This document shows, in pieces, positions 54,551 through 64,000 of a stretch of DNA of 64,000 nucleotides. Made by a program: the position numbers and the translations under genes. Numbering within the stretch: position 1 is the stretch's first letter; each line of letters starts with the position of its first letter. Source of the stretch: an uncultured delta proteobacterium (lineage in GTDB: Bacteria; Desulfobacterota; Syntrophia; Syntrophales; Smithellaceae); the NCBI GenBank assembly GCA_963753975.1, contig CAVWEH010000002.1, positions 352,001 to 416,000 on the forward strand, in the 5' to 3' direction. Under the pieces are notes generated by a model, which was not told the origin of the DNA, ran no database searches, and saw nothing but the letters and a program-made list of their open reading frames with translations.

Positions 54551-55348
54551 GTGAAAAGACTAAATTTTTTATTTTTATTGCTAATAGCTGTATTCGTAAT
54601 CTTCATTCTGAACTACAGTAAAGTTCTGAGTTTCGATATTATATCGGCGACAAAAAGCAACTCGTCTCAGGATTCCATTACTGTCCGAGTAATCAATATA
54701 TCCGAAAAAGTGCAAAGCTTCGTTCCTATTAGGAAGCACTGCATCGAAGGTTTTCTCCGTATCGAAAGGAAGCTGTTGAGTAATGCTCACCCCACATTCA
54801 ATAGTTTTTTCACCGAGCAAGGATTCACCATAAGGCAAAATACCGTGCAACGGTTCTTTGAGTATTTTGGCTGCCAGACTTCTTGCCTTGATAGTTGCAG
54901 TACTTTCACCAATATTGCCTACGGTACACTCAATTTGATCTCCGATCCAAAAAACTGTATGCACTCTAAGCTTTGGTCGATGAGTCGCAATGAATTCCTC
55001 TCTGGCAAGATCGATACTTTTCTTAGCGGCATTAGCAGCTTTCCTCGTGTAGAGCCACAAGAGAACATTACAGACAAAAAGAAGACCTGTAAAAATCACC
55101 AGCCACAAAGTATATCTGGTTATGGGATCATCCTTAACAGCACCAAACTCACAGTCGCTGTTTTGTTTGTAGCTGTTTTTGGCGGCAGTATTGCTGTTGT
55201 GGGTGTCAAGCTTATCTATTGCGGGCGTCCGATTTGGGGATATATTGTAGTTGTTTTTGGTCTTTATATTACTTTTTGTGCTGGCCTCGGACTTGAGTTT
55301 CCTTGGTTGCGTTTGCCCTTTAGTAGCTGGTGGAGATGGCTCTTGTGA
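54551..55348 (+). CDS. Possible antisense-overlapping membrane protein
   Basis: AGGAGG 7 nt before GTG, signal-like N-terminus, hydrophobic C-terminal hairpin; overlaps the minus-strand gene in codon register. Confidence 0.35.
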   Translation: MKRLNFLFLLLIAVFVIFILNYSKVLSFDIISATKSNSSQDSITVRVINISEKVQSFVPIRKHCIEGFLRIERKLLSNAHPTFNSFFTEQGFTIRQNTVQRFFEYFGCQTSCLDSCSTFTNIAYGTLNLISDPKNCMHSKLWSMSRNEFLSGKIDTFLSGISSFPRVEPQENITDKKKTCKNHQPQSISGYGIILNSTKLTVAVLFVAVFGGSIAVVGVKLIYCGRPIWGYIVVVFGLYITFCAGLGLEFPWLRLPFSSWWRWLL

Positions 55349-55420
55349 ATATGAACTTATTCCCCCAAAGAGAAATAATATTAAGGAAAGCAAAATGATT
55401 ATTTTTTTCATACGTGGCAT
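54581..55420 (-). CDS. Hypothetical protein: signal peptide, polar linker, TM helix, RP...NxG beta domain
   Basis: MKKIIILL signal, TM LWLVIFTGLLFVCNVLLWLY, HRPKLRV, VGNIG, GYIDYSD. Confidence 0.75.
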   Translation of the reverse strand: MPRMKKIIILLSLILFLFGGISSYSQEPSPPATKGQTQPRKLKSEASTKSNIKTKNNYNISPNRTPAIDKLDTHNSNTAAKNSYKQNSDCEFGAVKDDPITRYTLWLVIFTGLLFVCNVLLWLYTRKAANAAKKSIDLAREEFIATHRPKLRVHTVFWIGDQIECTVGNIGESTATIKARSLAAKILKEPLHGILPYGESLLGEKTIECGVSITQQLPFDTEKTFDAVLPNRNEALHFFGYIDYSDSNGILRRVAFCRRYNIETQNFTVVQNEDYEYSY

Positions 55421-55490
55421 TCCGATTAGAATACGGTCTTTAGGTTAAAAATCAAGTGTATTTTTAGGAAACGAATGATATTATGAATTC

Positions 55491-56105
55491 ATGTTCGATC
55501 CTAATACAAAGAAAAATATCGGTGCTTTTATCAGCTTTATTTGGGGAGATTGGTGGTCTGCAATGAGCGGGGCACTATCAATCCCTTTCATCTTTTTGGG
55601 GGTGTTTAATGCTTTTTCACAAAAAGATATTTTTTACCTTTTGGCAATCGTTTCTTTATTTGTGGTTGCATACCGAACTTGGATACGAATACGCGATATT
55701 TCATTGGAGCGACCACTTCGTTATAAGAATATAAATATAACCGTTACCGGAAACGATCTTCGTTTTGGAATAATGATAAAAAATGAGGGAAATAAACTAC
55801 TGAAATATAAGGTGACAAGATGTTCTCTCGAAGTTGACACCTTATTTATTCCTCAAGGTTCTAACTTCGATTCAGGAAGCCAGAGCATTGAAGCAAATGA
55901 GCAGCTTGTTCATTTTTACGGCGCGACTATTTCTATAAAGCCTAATAGATTTCCTCTTGTGGTTGTAATGGATTTTCTAATTGAATACGATAACGCACCA
56001 CCTTTGAGGGTGAGAAAAATGGGGAGACGGATTAGGTATGAAATAACTTCACTTGCACCCCCTAAGTCTACTGATCTGATTCTTTCTCACACAGATGAGC
56101 CGTAA
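55491..56105 (+). CDS. Hypothetical protein: TM hairpin plus RP...NxG beta domain
   Basis: 204 aa, two N-terminal hydrophobic helices, ERPLRY, IKNEG, IEYDN. Confidence 0.75.
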   Translation: MFDPNTKKNIGAFISFIWGDWWSAMSGALSIPFIFLGVFNAFSQKDIFYLLAIVSLFVVAYRTWIRIRDISLERPLRYKNINITVTGNDLRFGIMIKNEGNKLLKYKVTRCSLEVDTLFIPQGSNFDSGSQSIEANEQLVHFYGATISIKPNRFPLVVVMDFLIEYDNAPPLRVRKMGRRIRYEITSLAPPKSTDLILSHTDEP

Positions 56106-56248
56106 AGATGTTAGGCTATAAGCTTTTTAAATTCCATTTTTGGAGCATTTAATAGTTTTATGAGAGCATCTCTGAATAAATATTGGGTGATTATTGAAGT
56201 GGTTTGTCAAGTAAACAGTTCCCTTAATTAATTCTAGGAGATTCAGCA

Positions 56249-56821
56249 ATGAATGCTTTAATATCTTGGTTGAATTATAATTCTGGATTTGTTTCAGCTT
56301 GTCTCACATTTGTTTATGTTGTGGCTACAATATTTATTCTTACTAAGAACCATCAACTTGTCCTTGAAATGCGTAGATCGAGGGAGCAACAGATTAAAGC
56401 AAACATCGTGGCCAGTTTTGAGACAAGACGCAAGGGGCTGATGTGTTTTGTATTGCGAAACATGGGAGGATCAGTAGCAAATGAATTAAATATAAATATC
56501 TCGGATGAATTCATAAACTCTTTGGATGAAAAAGAAGGTAATAAGCTTCGTAAATTAAAATCAGCATCCTTAACAATAATCCCGAAGCAAGAAGTAATAT
56601 TTGTGGCTGGCGTAGTTGGGTACTTTGCTAAGTTGACTCAGTCTCAGCTTAAGGGAACGATTACATATAAAGACGTCTTCGGAAAAAGCCAGATTGAGAA
56701 TTTCAACATCGACATTGAATCTTATGGGGAATCACTTCTTTATGGGCCTGGGCTTGACGAATTGACAACTATTATTGATCGTGGATTGGAAAATATTGCC
56801 AGTAGTGTAACGTCAAAATAA
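56249..56821 (+). CDS. Hypothetical protein: TM helix plus NxG beta domain
   Basis: 190 aa, AGGAG RBS, TM, EMRRSRE coil, LRNMG, ITYKDVFG. Confidence 0.8.
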   Translation: MNALISWLNYNSGFVSACLTFVYVVATIFILTKNHQLVLEMRRSREQQIKANIVASFETRRKGLMCFVLRNMGGSVANELNINISDEFINSLDEKEGNKLRKLKSASLTIIPKQEVIFVAGVVGYFAKLTQSQLKGTITYKDVFGKSQIENFNIDIESYGESLLYGPGLDELTTIIDRGLENIASSVTSK

Positions 56822-56855
56822 TGATATCGTACTGATACTGGATTTACCAAGAAGT

Positions 56856-56914
56856 TGCAACCATTTTGCAACCAATTAAGTTACATGGCAAAAAGGGCTA
56901 AGTTATTGAAATTT
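56856..56914. promoter_or_regulatory. Putative integrase arm-type sites and IHF-like site (right end)
   Basis: TGCAACC at 56856 and 56867 (11-bp period); minus strand TTTCAATAACTTA near 56899-56911 is one mismatch from WATCAANNNNTTR. Confidence 0.6.
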
Positions 56915-56925
56915 AAATATTTTAT

Positions 56926-57279
56926 TGGTGGAGGCGGCGGGAGTCGAACCCGCGTCCGAAAACCTTCCGCTGGAGAATCTACGTACATAGCCTTCGATTT
57001 AAACCTTCACGCAGGTTTGCTCCCGAAGGCGGGATCGCACTACGCTATCCTGAAAGTGTTTCGCCGCCCTCCCCCAGGCAGAAAGTTTGGCTATCCTGTC
57101 TAAATGACGTCCTTACAAAGCCAACAGGAAAACCGTGCAGGACGTTAGCCGACCTAAGCGGCTAAGGCGTAATCGTAGTTGTCTGCGATTATATGTTTCC
57201 TACCTATTTAACGAGGCCTGTAGGAACCTCGGTGCGCATCTACAACTTCAAATGTCCCCGTCGAAACCGTGACGCCCCC
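56926..57279 (-). ncRNA. ssrA: tmRNA; tag peptide (A)ADNYDYALAA
   Basis: 5' GGGGGCG pairs with 3' CGCCTCC-ACCA with G3:U; tag ORF 57186-57154; smpB nearby. Confidence 0.96.
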
Positions 57280-57413
57280 CAATATTTATTTAATCGTAAT
57301 ATATTAATTTATCACTGATTTGTCAAAGGAAACAAAATTAACAATTGCCTTAAATGATCCCACTCTAAAATTTGGCTGGGAATGCGGATTCAGAATTCAT
57401 CCGGAAGATTTGA

Positions 57414-58326
57414 TCAGCCATGTTTTATGAACGTACCGTTATTATATTCTTCAAAAGCAATCTGCAATTCCTGCTGTGTGTTCATGACAATAGGACCATA
57501 CCAGGCAACCGGTTCACCGATGGGTTTACCGGATATCAAAAGAAAACGAACAGGTTCATTTTTAGTGGAAATAACCAGCTTCTTCCCCATTATCGAATAG
57601 AACAAGATTTCCATCTGTCAAGTATGCCTCTCTCTGAATGTCGAAATAATTTACCCCTTCGACTTCATAGCCAAAAGGATTATTTTCCCGGCAAAAACCG
57701 GCTTGGCCTTCGATAATGTAAGCAAAAACCGTGTGCTTCGGTTTTGTCCGGTGAATAAATTCAGTTTTCGGGGGAATCGTAATATCGCAATAGAAAGGGT
57801 CGGTAACGATATCGCGTACGGGTCCCTTTGTGCCTTCAACCTCGCCGCAAATAATTTTAATTTTCACACCGTCCTTTGCCGAAACTTCCGGAATTTGGCT
57901 TGCCTTTATATCACGATAACGCGGCGGCATCATTTTATGCGTTGCCGGAAGGTTAGCCCAAAGTTGAAAGCCTCCCATATAGCCTGCTTTATCGCCTTTG
58001 GGCATTTCCTGATGGATAACGCCGCTCCCGGCAGTCATCCATTGCACATCTCCGGGACCGATCACGCCACGATTCCCCATACTGTCTCCATGTTCGACAT
58101 TTCCGCCCAGCATATAAGTGATTGTTTCAATTCCCCGATGCGGATGCCACGGGAAGCCTTTGAGGTAGTGAGCGGGATTGCCGGATCGAAAATCATCCAG
58201 GAGCAAAAACGGATCCAAAAGCGGAACTTCACTGAACCCGAAAGCCCGCTTTAAATGAACGCCGGCCCCTTCCAGAGTCGGTTTGCTTTTGATGACCTTC
58301 CGTATCTTTCTGCATTTCATCAGCAT
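57414..58326 (-). CDS. Pirin family protein, +1 frameshift near 57580
   Basis: DPFLLLD, GFPWHPHRGIET, MTAGSGVIHQE, QLWANL; tail EPVAWYGPIVMNT in another frame. Confidence 0.92.
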
Positions 58327-58375
58327 GCCCTCGTTTGTTTTTCAATGATCCTTACTTCAGATTATTTATTTAACA

Positions 58376-58852
58376 TCAAACTTTGATCAGCTTTGATTTA
58401 AAGTCACGGGCAATATCGCGGCGCTCTTCGCGCGTCTTTATATCATGGCGCCTATCGTACAATTTTTTCCCCTTGCCGATGCCGATTTCCACCTTAACCT
58501 TGCCGTTTTTGAAATAAAGCTTCAACGGAATCAGCGATAAACCTTTCTCCCGCGATTTGCCGTAGAGTTTCCTGATCTCCCTTTTATGCAAGAGAAGCTT
58601 GCGCGTCCGCAGAGGATCATGATTATAACGATTGCCCTGTTCATACGGGCTGATATGCAATTCTCTGAGGAATACTTCCTCATCATTTACGAAAGCGTAA
58701 CTGTCTTTCAGATTAGCTTTCCCGGCGCGAAGCGACTTGACCTCCGTGCCCGTGAGGACCATTCCTGCTTCGTAAGTATCCGTTATCTCATAGTCTCGGC
58801 GCGCCGTTTTGTTCGAAGCAATCAGTTTTTGTGCTGTATTTTCTTTGGCCAT
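58376..58852 (-). CDS. smpB: SsrA-binding protein
   Basis: [33 protein letters not shown]. Confidence 0.97.
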   Translation of the reverse strand: MAKENTAQKLIASNKTARRDYEITDTYEAGMVLTGTEVKSLRAGKANLKDSYAFVNDEEVFLRELHISPYEQGNRYNHDPLRTRKLLLHKREIRKLYGKSREKGLSLIPLKLYFKNGKVKVEIGIGKGKKLYDRRHDIKTREERRDIARDFKSKLIKV

Positions 58853-58883
58853 AGTTAATTTTTACATTAAATTTCGGATATTG

Positions 58884-59648
58884 CTATAGCTTTTTTGACA
58901 AAGGCAAGAGATAATCGGGTTTTACGTGGCTCATGGCTTTAAAGATATTATCCCTGATGTCTTTATTCTCTCGGGCCAAATTATTCAGAAGGTTCTTCAC
59001 ATACATCCTTTTTGATATTCTGCTTGTCGGGCAATTATTTTCCACGGTTGGGAAAAACCGCTCCTGCTGATATTTTTTAATGAGTTCCTCGCGCAAATAA
59101 ACGAACGGCCGGATAATATGCAGTTTACCGCCGAATATCCTTTGTTTGGGAACCATCGTGCTGATTTCCCGGCCATAAAACATGTTAATCAGCAATGTTT
59201 CTATTATGTCGTCGCGGTGATGCGCAAAAACAATTTTATTGCACCCTTCGGCGGCGGCAATTTCGAAAATTCGTCTCCGGCGCAAGCGTGAGCACAAAAA
59301 ACAAGGATTTTTTTTATTATAATCACTGTGCGCCAAAAGGCCAATATCCGTTTTTTCCATCACATACCGGTAATCGTTCTCCTGCAGATATTTTTCGAGT
59401 GTATCGTAGCCCTCGTAAGAAGCATCGAAGCCCATATCAATATTAACGGCCAGAAGAGAAAACTTTGGAGTAAAGATCATGGGTGAATTGAGCAAATCCA
59501 AAAGCGCAAAGCTGTCCGCCCCTCCGGATACGCCGACGAGCAGCCTATCCCCTTCTTTGATCATCTTAAAATCCAAAATGGCCTTTTCCATCCATTTTTT
59601 TAAATGGAGAAATAGTTTCGTGTTTTTTTCTTTTCTAATATTATCCAT
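58884..59648 (-). CDS. ttcA: tRNA 2-thiocytidine biosynthesis protein TtcA family
   Basis: SGGADS PP-loop, CFLCSRLRR, HHRDD, IIRP. Confidence 0.85.
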   Translation of the reverse strand: MDNIRKEKNTKLFLHLKKWMEKAILDFKMIKEGDRLLVGVSGGADSFALLDLLNSPMIFTPKFSLLAVNIDMGFDASYEGYDTLEKYLQENDYRYVMEKTDIGLLAHSDYNKKNPCFLCSRLRRRRIFEIAAAEGCNKIVFAHHRDDIIETLLINMFYGREISTMVPKQRIFGGKLHIIRPFVYLREELIKKYQQERFFPTVENNCPTSRISKRMYVKNLLNNLARENKDIRDNIFKAMSHVKPDYLLPLSKKL

Positions 59649-59719
59649 TTGTAAAAACCAAATTTCGCTTCGAAAATAATACCTTTCAACATTCTATTTA
59701 TCCGAGTTTCCGGTGATAA

Positions 59720-61102
<1,383 letters not shown>

Positions 61103-61245
61103 GCCCTCCGCTTCGCGGGATAATTCGACCATCACGCTTCAGTCGTAGATGACCTTTAGGTTATGCACTCTGTTTCTGAAACTTGGGTCTCATTACAACT
61201 TACCGATTCCGCTGCGCCGCGCTTTCAAAGTTGGAGTTTCAGCAA
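61103..61245 (-). repeat. Family A repeat cluster (two units)
   Basis: Minus strand AATGAGACCCAAGTTTCAGAAACAGAGTGCATAACCTAAAGGTCATCTACGACT...GATGGTCGAATTATCCCGCGAAGC, closely matching 3797-3866. Confidence 0.82.
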
Positions 61246-61260
61246 TAATTTCCATAAGCT

Positions 61261-61300
61261 AAAACGGGCCGGCCTTCTTTAAGGCGCCGGCCCGCTATTT
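61261..61300. terminator. Bidirectional terminator between eno and plsB
   Basis: AAAA-CGGGCCGGC...GCCGGCCCG-CTATTT. Confidence 0.7.
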
Positions 61301-61328
61301 GTACTTGAGAAAAAAAATACAGACTTTT

Positions 61329-63959
61329 TTACAGCAGCTTGAAGAGGCGGCGACGCAGTACTTCCATTTCCGCCATGTTTTCGGTCAGGGCATAAGAAAT
61401 TTCTTTCTTACCGCCTTTTTCCTCTTTTAACATTCTGGTTATCAGTTCCGCTTCTTCCAGAAATCTGATCACATTGATATAGTTTGATTGAGAGAGAGCC
61501 TCCGACCGCAAAACCTCACCTTTGCGATAGAGCCTGTCTCCAAGGGTTCTGATTTTTTTCAGCCAATCCTTTTCTTCCAAGGGACTTTTCTTTAAATAAG
61601 AGCAACTTCTAATGACCACCCAGTATGATTCCAAGTAATTATGGATCAATCCGGCAAAAGGTTTCAATTTTACCCTGCCCCTTCCTTTTACTTCTATCCA
61701 AATCTGATCTTTACGTTCTTCGGGCTTGATCATCTTTCTGTTATATAAATAAGCAAGCACGTTATTTACTTCATCCACATCATCTTTGGTTTCATCGAAA
61801 ATAAACTCATTCCACAAAAGCCGCTTGAGAAACTTATAATCTCCCATAATCCGGTCCAGAGACATCACATCTTCATTGCTTTTTATCATGGAGGTAGCCA
61901 CGAAACATAAAGGCACAAAGAAATGCAATATGTTATTCTTATAATACTCCAAGTAGAGCCTTCTTTCGTCTTCCAGTGAATAAACTATCTCCTGCATTTC
62001 TTCCACTTCGTCTTCGTCAGCTTCAATTTTCGTGATGATTTCCGATTGCGTAAAAATATTCAGGGCGTCCGCTATCGCCTTTTCCCGGTAAGCAAAAGTC
62101 GCCGCAAACTTGACTTTCTTTATCGACAAATATTCATAGAATTCATTCAAAATATCCAAGAGCTCGCCGTGAGATATCCCCCGGCGGTCATGGCTCAAAA
62201 TCACGGCGGCAACAAGGGAAAAAGGCGTGACCACGGAGACTTTATTAATTTCCAGAACTATTTCGTAGCCGATTCTTCGATAAAGGCTTTGCCGTTCCTC
62301 CAGAGTCATTTGACCTATTTGCTTTTCCTGGGCTTCCAAATATGATTTCATAATAATCGGCTCGCCGATGTTGACATAAACACGGCCATAGCGCTTGCGC
62401 AATATTTTGCCGGTCTTGATTATCTCGGTTGTGTTTTCCGGAGACTTGGGCGCACCGGCCAGTTCTTTAAGATATGATTTTTCTTCTATCACCCGGTCGT
62501 AACCGATATAAACAGGGATGGCGGCAAAATTATCACAATATTTTTCCTGGTAGGCTTGAATAACCATGGAAAGAAGACCATACTTGGGCATTACCATTTT
62601 TCCGGTTCTGCTGCGTCCACCTTCGATGAAAAACTCCAACGGCAGCCCTTCTTTCAAGAGGATAGCCATATACTTGGCGAATACTTCGGCATAAATTTCA
62701 TTGCCTCTAAAACTGCGCCGCAGAAAAAAAGCTCCGGACTTGCGAAAAATATAACCCAGCGGGAAAAAGGATAAATTATTGCCGGCGGCAATGAAAGGCA
62801 ACTGAATATTATTTTTGTATAAAACATAAGAAAATAAAAGATAATCGATATGAGAACGATGACAGGGAATAATGACAAAAGGCATTTTTTTGGAAATGTT
62901 TCTTATTTTGGCCATGCCCTCGAGATCGATCAGCAAACCATCGTAAATGTTGTTCCACAGCCAATCAAGCAACTTTAACCAGATGTCGATAAATGTTTCA
63001 TTGTAATCGGCGGCAATTTCATAAAGGTACCGGCGCGCTTCTTTCTCCACCGTTGACCTTTCCTTTTTTTCCCTCGCCGCGTAATCAACGATAAACTTTT
63101 TCACGGATTCGTCACTCGAAACCATGCCGATGAGTTCTTCCCGTGATTTTAAGGCAGGTCCGACTACGGTGGTTTTTTCTCTGTCGATGCGGTCAATCAA
63201 TTCGCCCCGTAATTCATGAATAATCGCTTCCTGAGAAAGATCATTACTTTTATTTAAATATTCGGATAATTTAATCGGTTCCGCGGGGATAACAAAAGCA
63301 TTGCTGGAATAACGCATAAAAGTTATCAAACGGCGCCAAGCTCCCGTATGCTCCGTTTGTCCAAAAAGAATATTGATCAGGCTTTCGTTCTCTTTTTCGC
63401 GCCGGCGCCCGTAAGCAACCAAAACAGGCACGACAAAAATGGGAAAATCAACTCTTTTTTGCACATTGATGAGGCTGACGATCGCCCCTTCCGCCGATCT
63501 GCTCTCAATGAATTCCGATTCACCCAAATGAATAATGATACTGTTTTTTTCGCTAACTATCCTCTCTAAATAAGCGAGCTTGCCCAACCAGGCCTTCAGT
63601 TCTTTCCCAAAACGGCGTAAAAAGGACGACCAGAGAAATTTCAGCATTTCCGGCAGCGGCTGCCAAAGAGACATGTTCATGCCGTGGCAATACACCGGCC
63701 GCGGCAGACCCTTTCTCCCGGCAAGTTCATAAACGATGAGGCTATTGAGTTTACTTCTTTGTTTTAAAGCGTAAACCACAACTCCTTCCGCGGAGAGTTT
63801 TTTAATGGCCTCGACATATTCATCGGCAATGGAAACGCGAGAAAGGAATTCTTTGGCTACCTGGAACCGCAAAAAATCCTGCTCATCGTAAATACGTCCC
63901 GAGTAATATTCTTCGTCTTGAGTTTGCGCCTGTGCGGCCGGTTTTGCTTTTTCATTCAT
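61329..63959 (-). CDS. plsB: Glycerol-3-phosphate O-acyltransferase
   Basis: HRSHID (HxxxxD), GAFFLRR, FIEGGRSRTG, IPVYIGY; 876 aa. Confidence 0.9.
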   Translation of the reverse strand: MNEKAKPAAQAQTQDEEYYSGRIYDEQDFLRFQVAKEFLSRVSIADEYVEAIKKLSAEGVVVYALKQRSKLNSLIVYELAGRKGLPRPVYCHGMNMSLWQPLPEMLKFLWSSFLRRFGKELKAWLGKLAYLERIVSEKNSIIIHLGESEFIESRSAEGAIVSLINVQKRVDFPIFVVPVLVAYGRRREKENESLINILFGQTEHTGAWRRLITFMRYSSNAFVIPAEPIKLSEYLNKSNDLSQEAIIHELRGELIDRIDREKTTVVGPALKSREELIGMVSSDESVKKFIVDYAAREKKERSTVEKEARRYLYEIAADYNETFIDIWLKLLDWLWNNIYDGLLIDLEGMAKIRNISKKMPFVIIPCHRSHIDYLLFSYVLYKNNIQLPFIAAGNNLSFFPLGYIFRKSGAFFLRRSFRGNEIYAEVFAKYMAILLKEGLPLEFFIEGGRSRTGKMVMPKYGLLSMVIQAYQEKYCDNFAAIPVYIGYDRVIEEKSYLKELAGAPKSPENTTEIIKTGKILRKRYGRVYVNIGEPIIMKSYLEAQEKQIGQMTLEERQSLYRRIGYEIVLEINKVSVVTPFSLVAAVILSHDRRGISHGELLDILNEFYEYLSIKKVKFAATFAYREKAIADALNIFTQSEIITKIEADEDEVEEMQEIVYSLEDERRLYLEYYKNNILHFFVPLCFVATSMIKSNEDVMSLDRIMGDYKFLKRLLWNEFIFDETKDDVDEVNNVLAYLYNRKMIKPEERKDQIWIEVKGRGRVKLKPFAGLIHNYLESYWVVIRSCSYLKKSPLEEKDWLKKIRTLGDRLYRKGEVLRSEALSQSNYINVIRFLEEAELITRMLKEEKGGKKEISYALTENMAEMEVLRRRLFKLL

Positions 63960-64000
63960 AAATGAAGCGATCCGTTATTAACAAAAGAAAATATTCGCGT

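Larger units (their letters stand above)
54387..56953. mobile_element. Integrase-less genomic islet integrated at the tmRNA 3' end
   Basis: 29-bp direct repeat TTGGTGGAGGCGGCGGGAGTCGAACCCGC at 54387-54415 and 56925-56953; AT-rich interior with orphan genes. Confidence 0.88.

Noticed and set aside
56110..56116. GTTAGGC after an islet gene as an integron core site
   Set aside because: It is an isolated 7-mer with no inverse core or attC hairpin.
56855..57103. 82-aa ORF at the islet/tmRNA junction as a possible integrase remnant
   Set aside because: It is the antisense reading of tmRNA and att sequence, with no tyrosine-recombinase motifs.

Overview
A mostly core-chromosome segment of an anaerobic bacterium. 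Gene content (rpoH, DUF1844, three-domain nifU-nifS, rubrerythrin, membrane pyrophosphatase) and the tmRNA tag suggest Desulfobacterota/Syntrophales (Smithella-like); this is inference, not a database result. The window holds about 55 protein genes: dnaB end, rpoH, a diadenylate cyclase, clpB, htpX, ispE-tRNA(Gln)-prs-rplY-pth-hppA, a stand-alone EF-G, Rrf2-nadA-metX-metW, an RND pump, a six-PAS GGDEF-EAL protein, nifU-nifS-cysE, tmRNA, smpB, ttcA, eno and plsB. Three things stand out. (1) A modular intergenic repeat family forms a six-unit array at 2433-2848, with at least five dispersed copies. Its conserved features are tandem G.A mismatches and GNA mini-hairpins, which point to a single-stranded DNA structure. 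(2) A 2.5-kb integrase-less island sits at the tmRNA 3' end, with intact att cores and paired TGCAACC arm-type sites. It carries three distantly related TM + NxG beta-domain genes, one of them fully overlapped by an antisense ORF with its own strong RBS. (3) Many net-insertion frameshifts split otherwise intact genes and look like sequencing errors rather than biology. No CRISPR, cas, integrase or transposase gene is visible.
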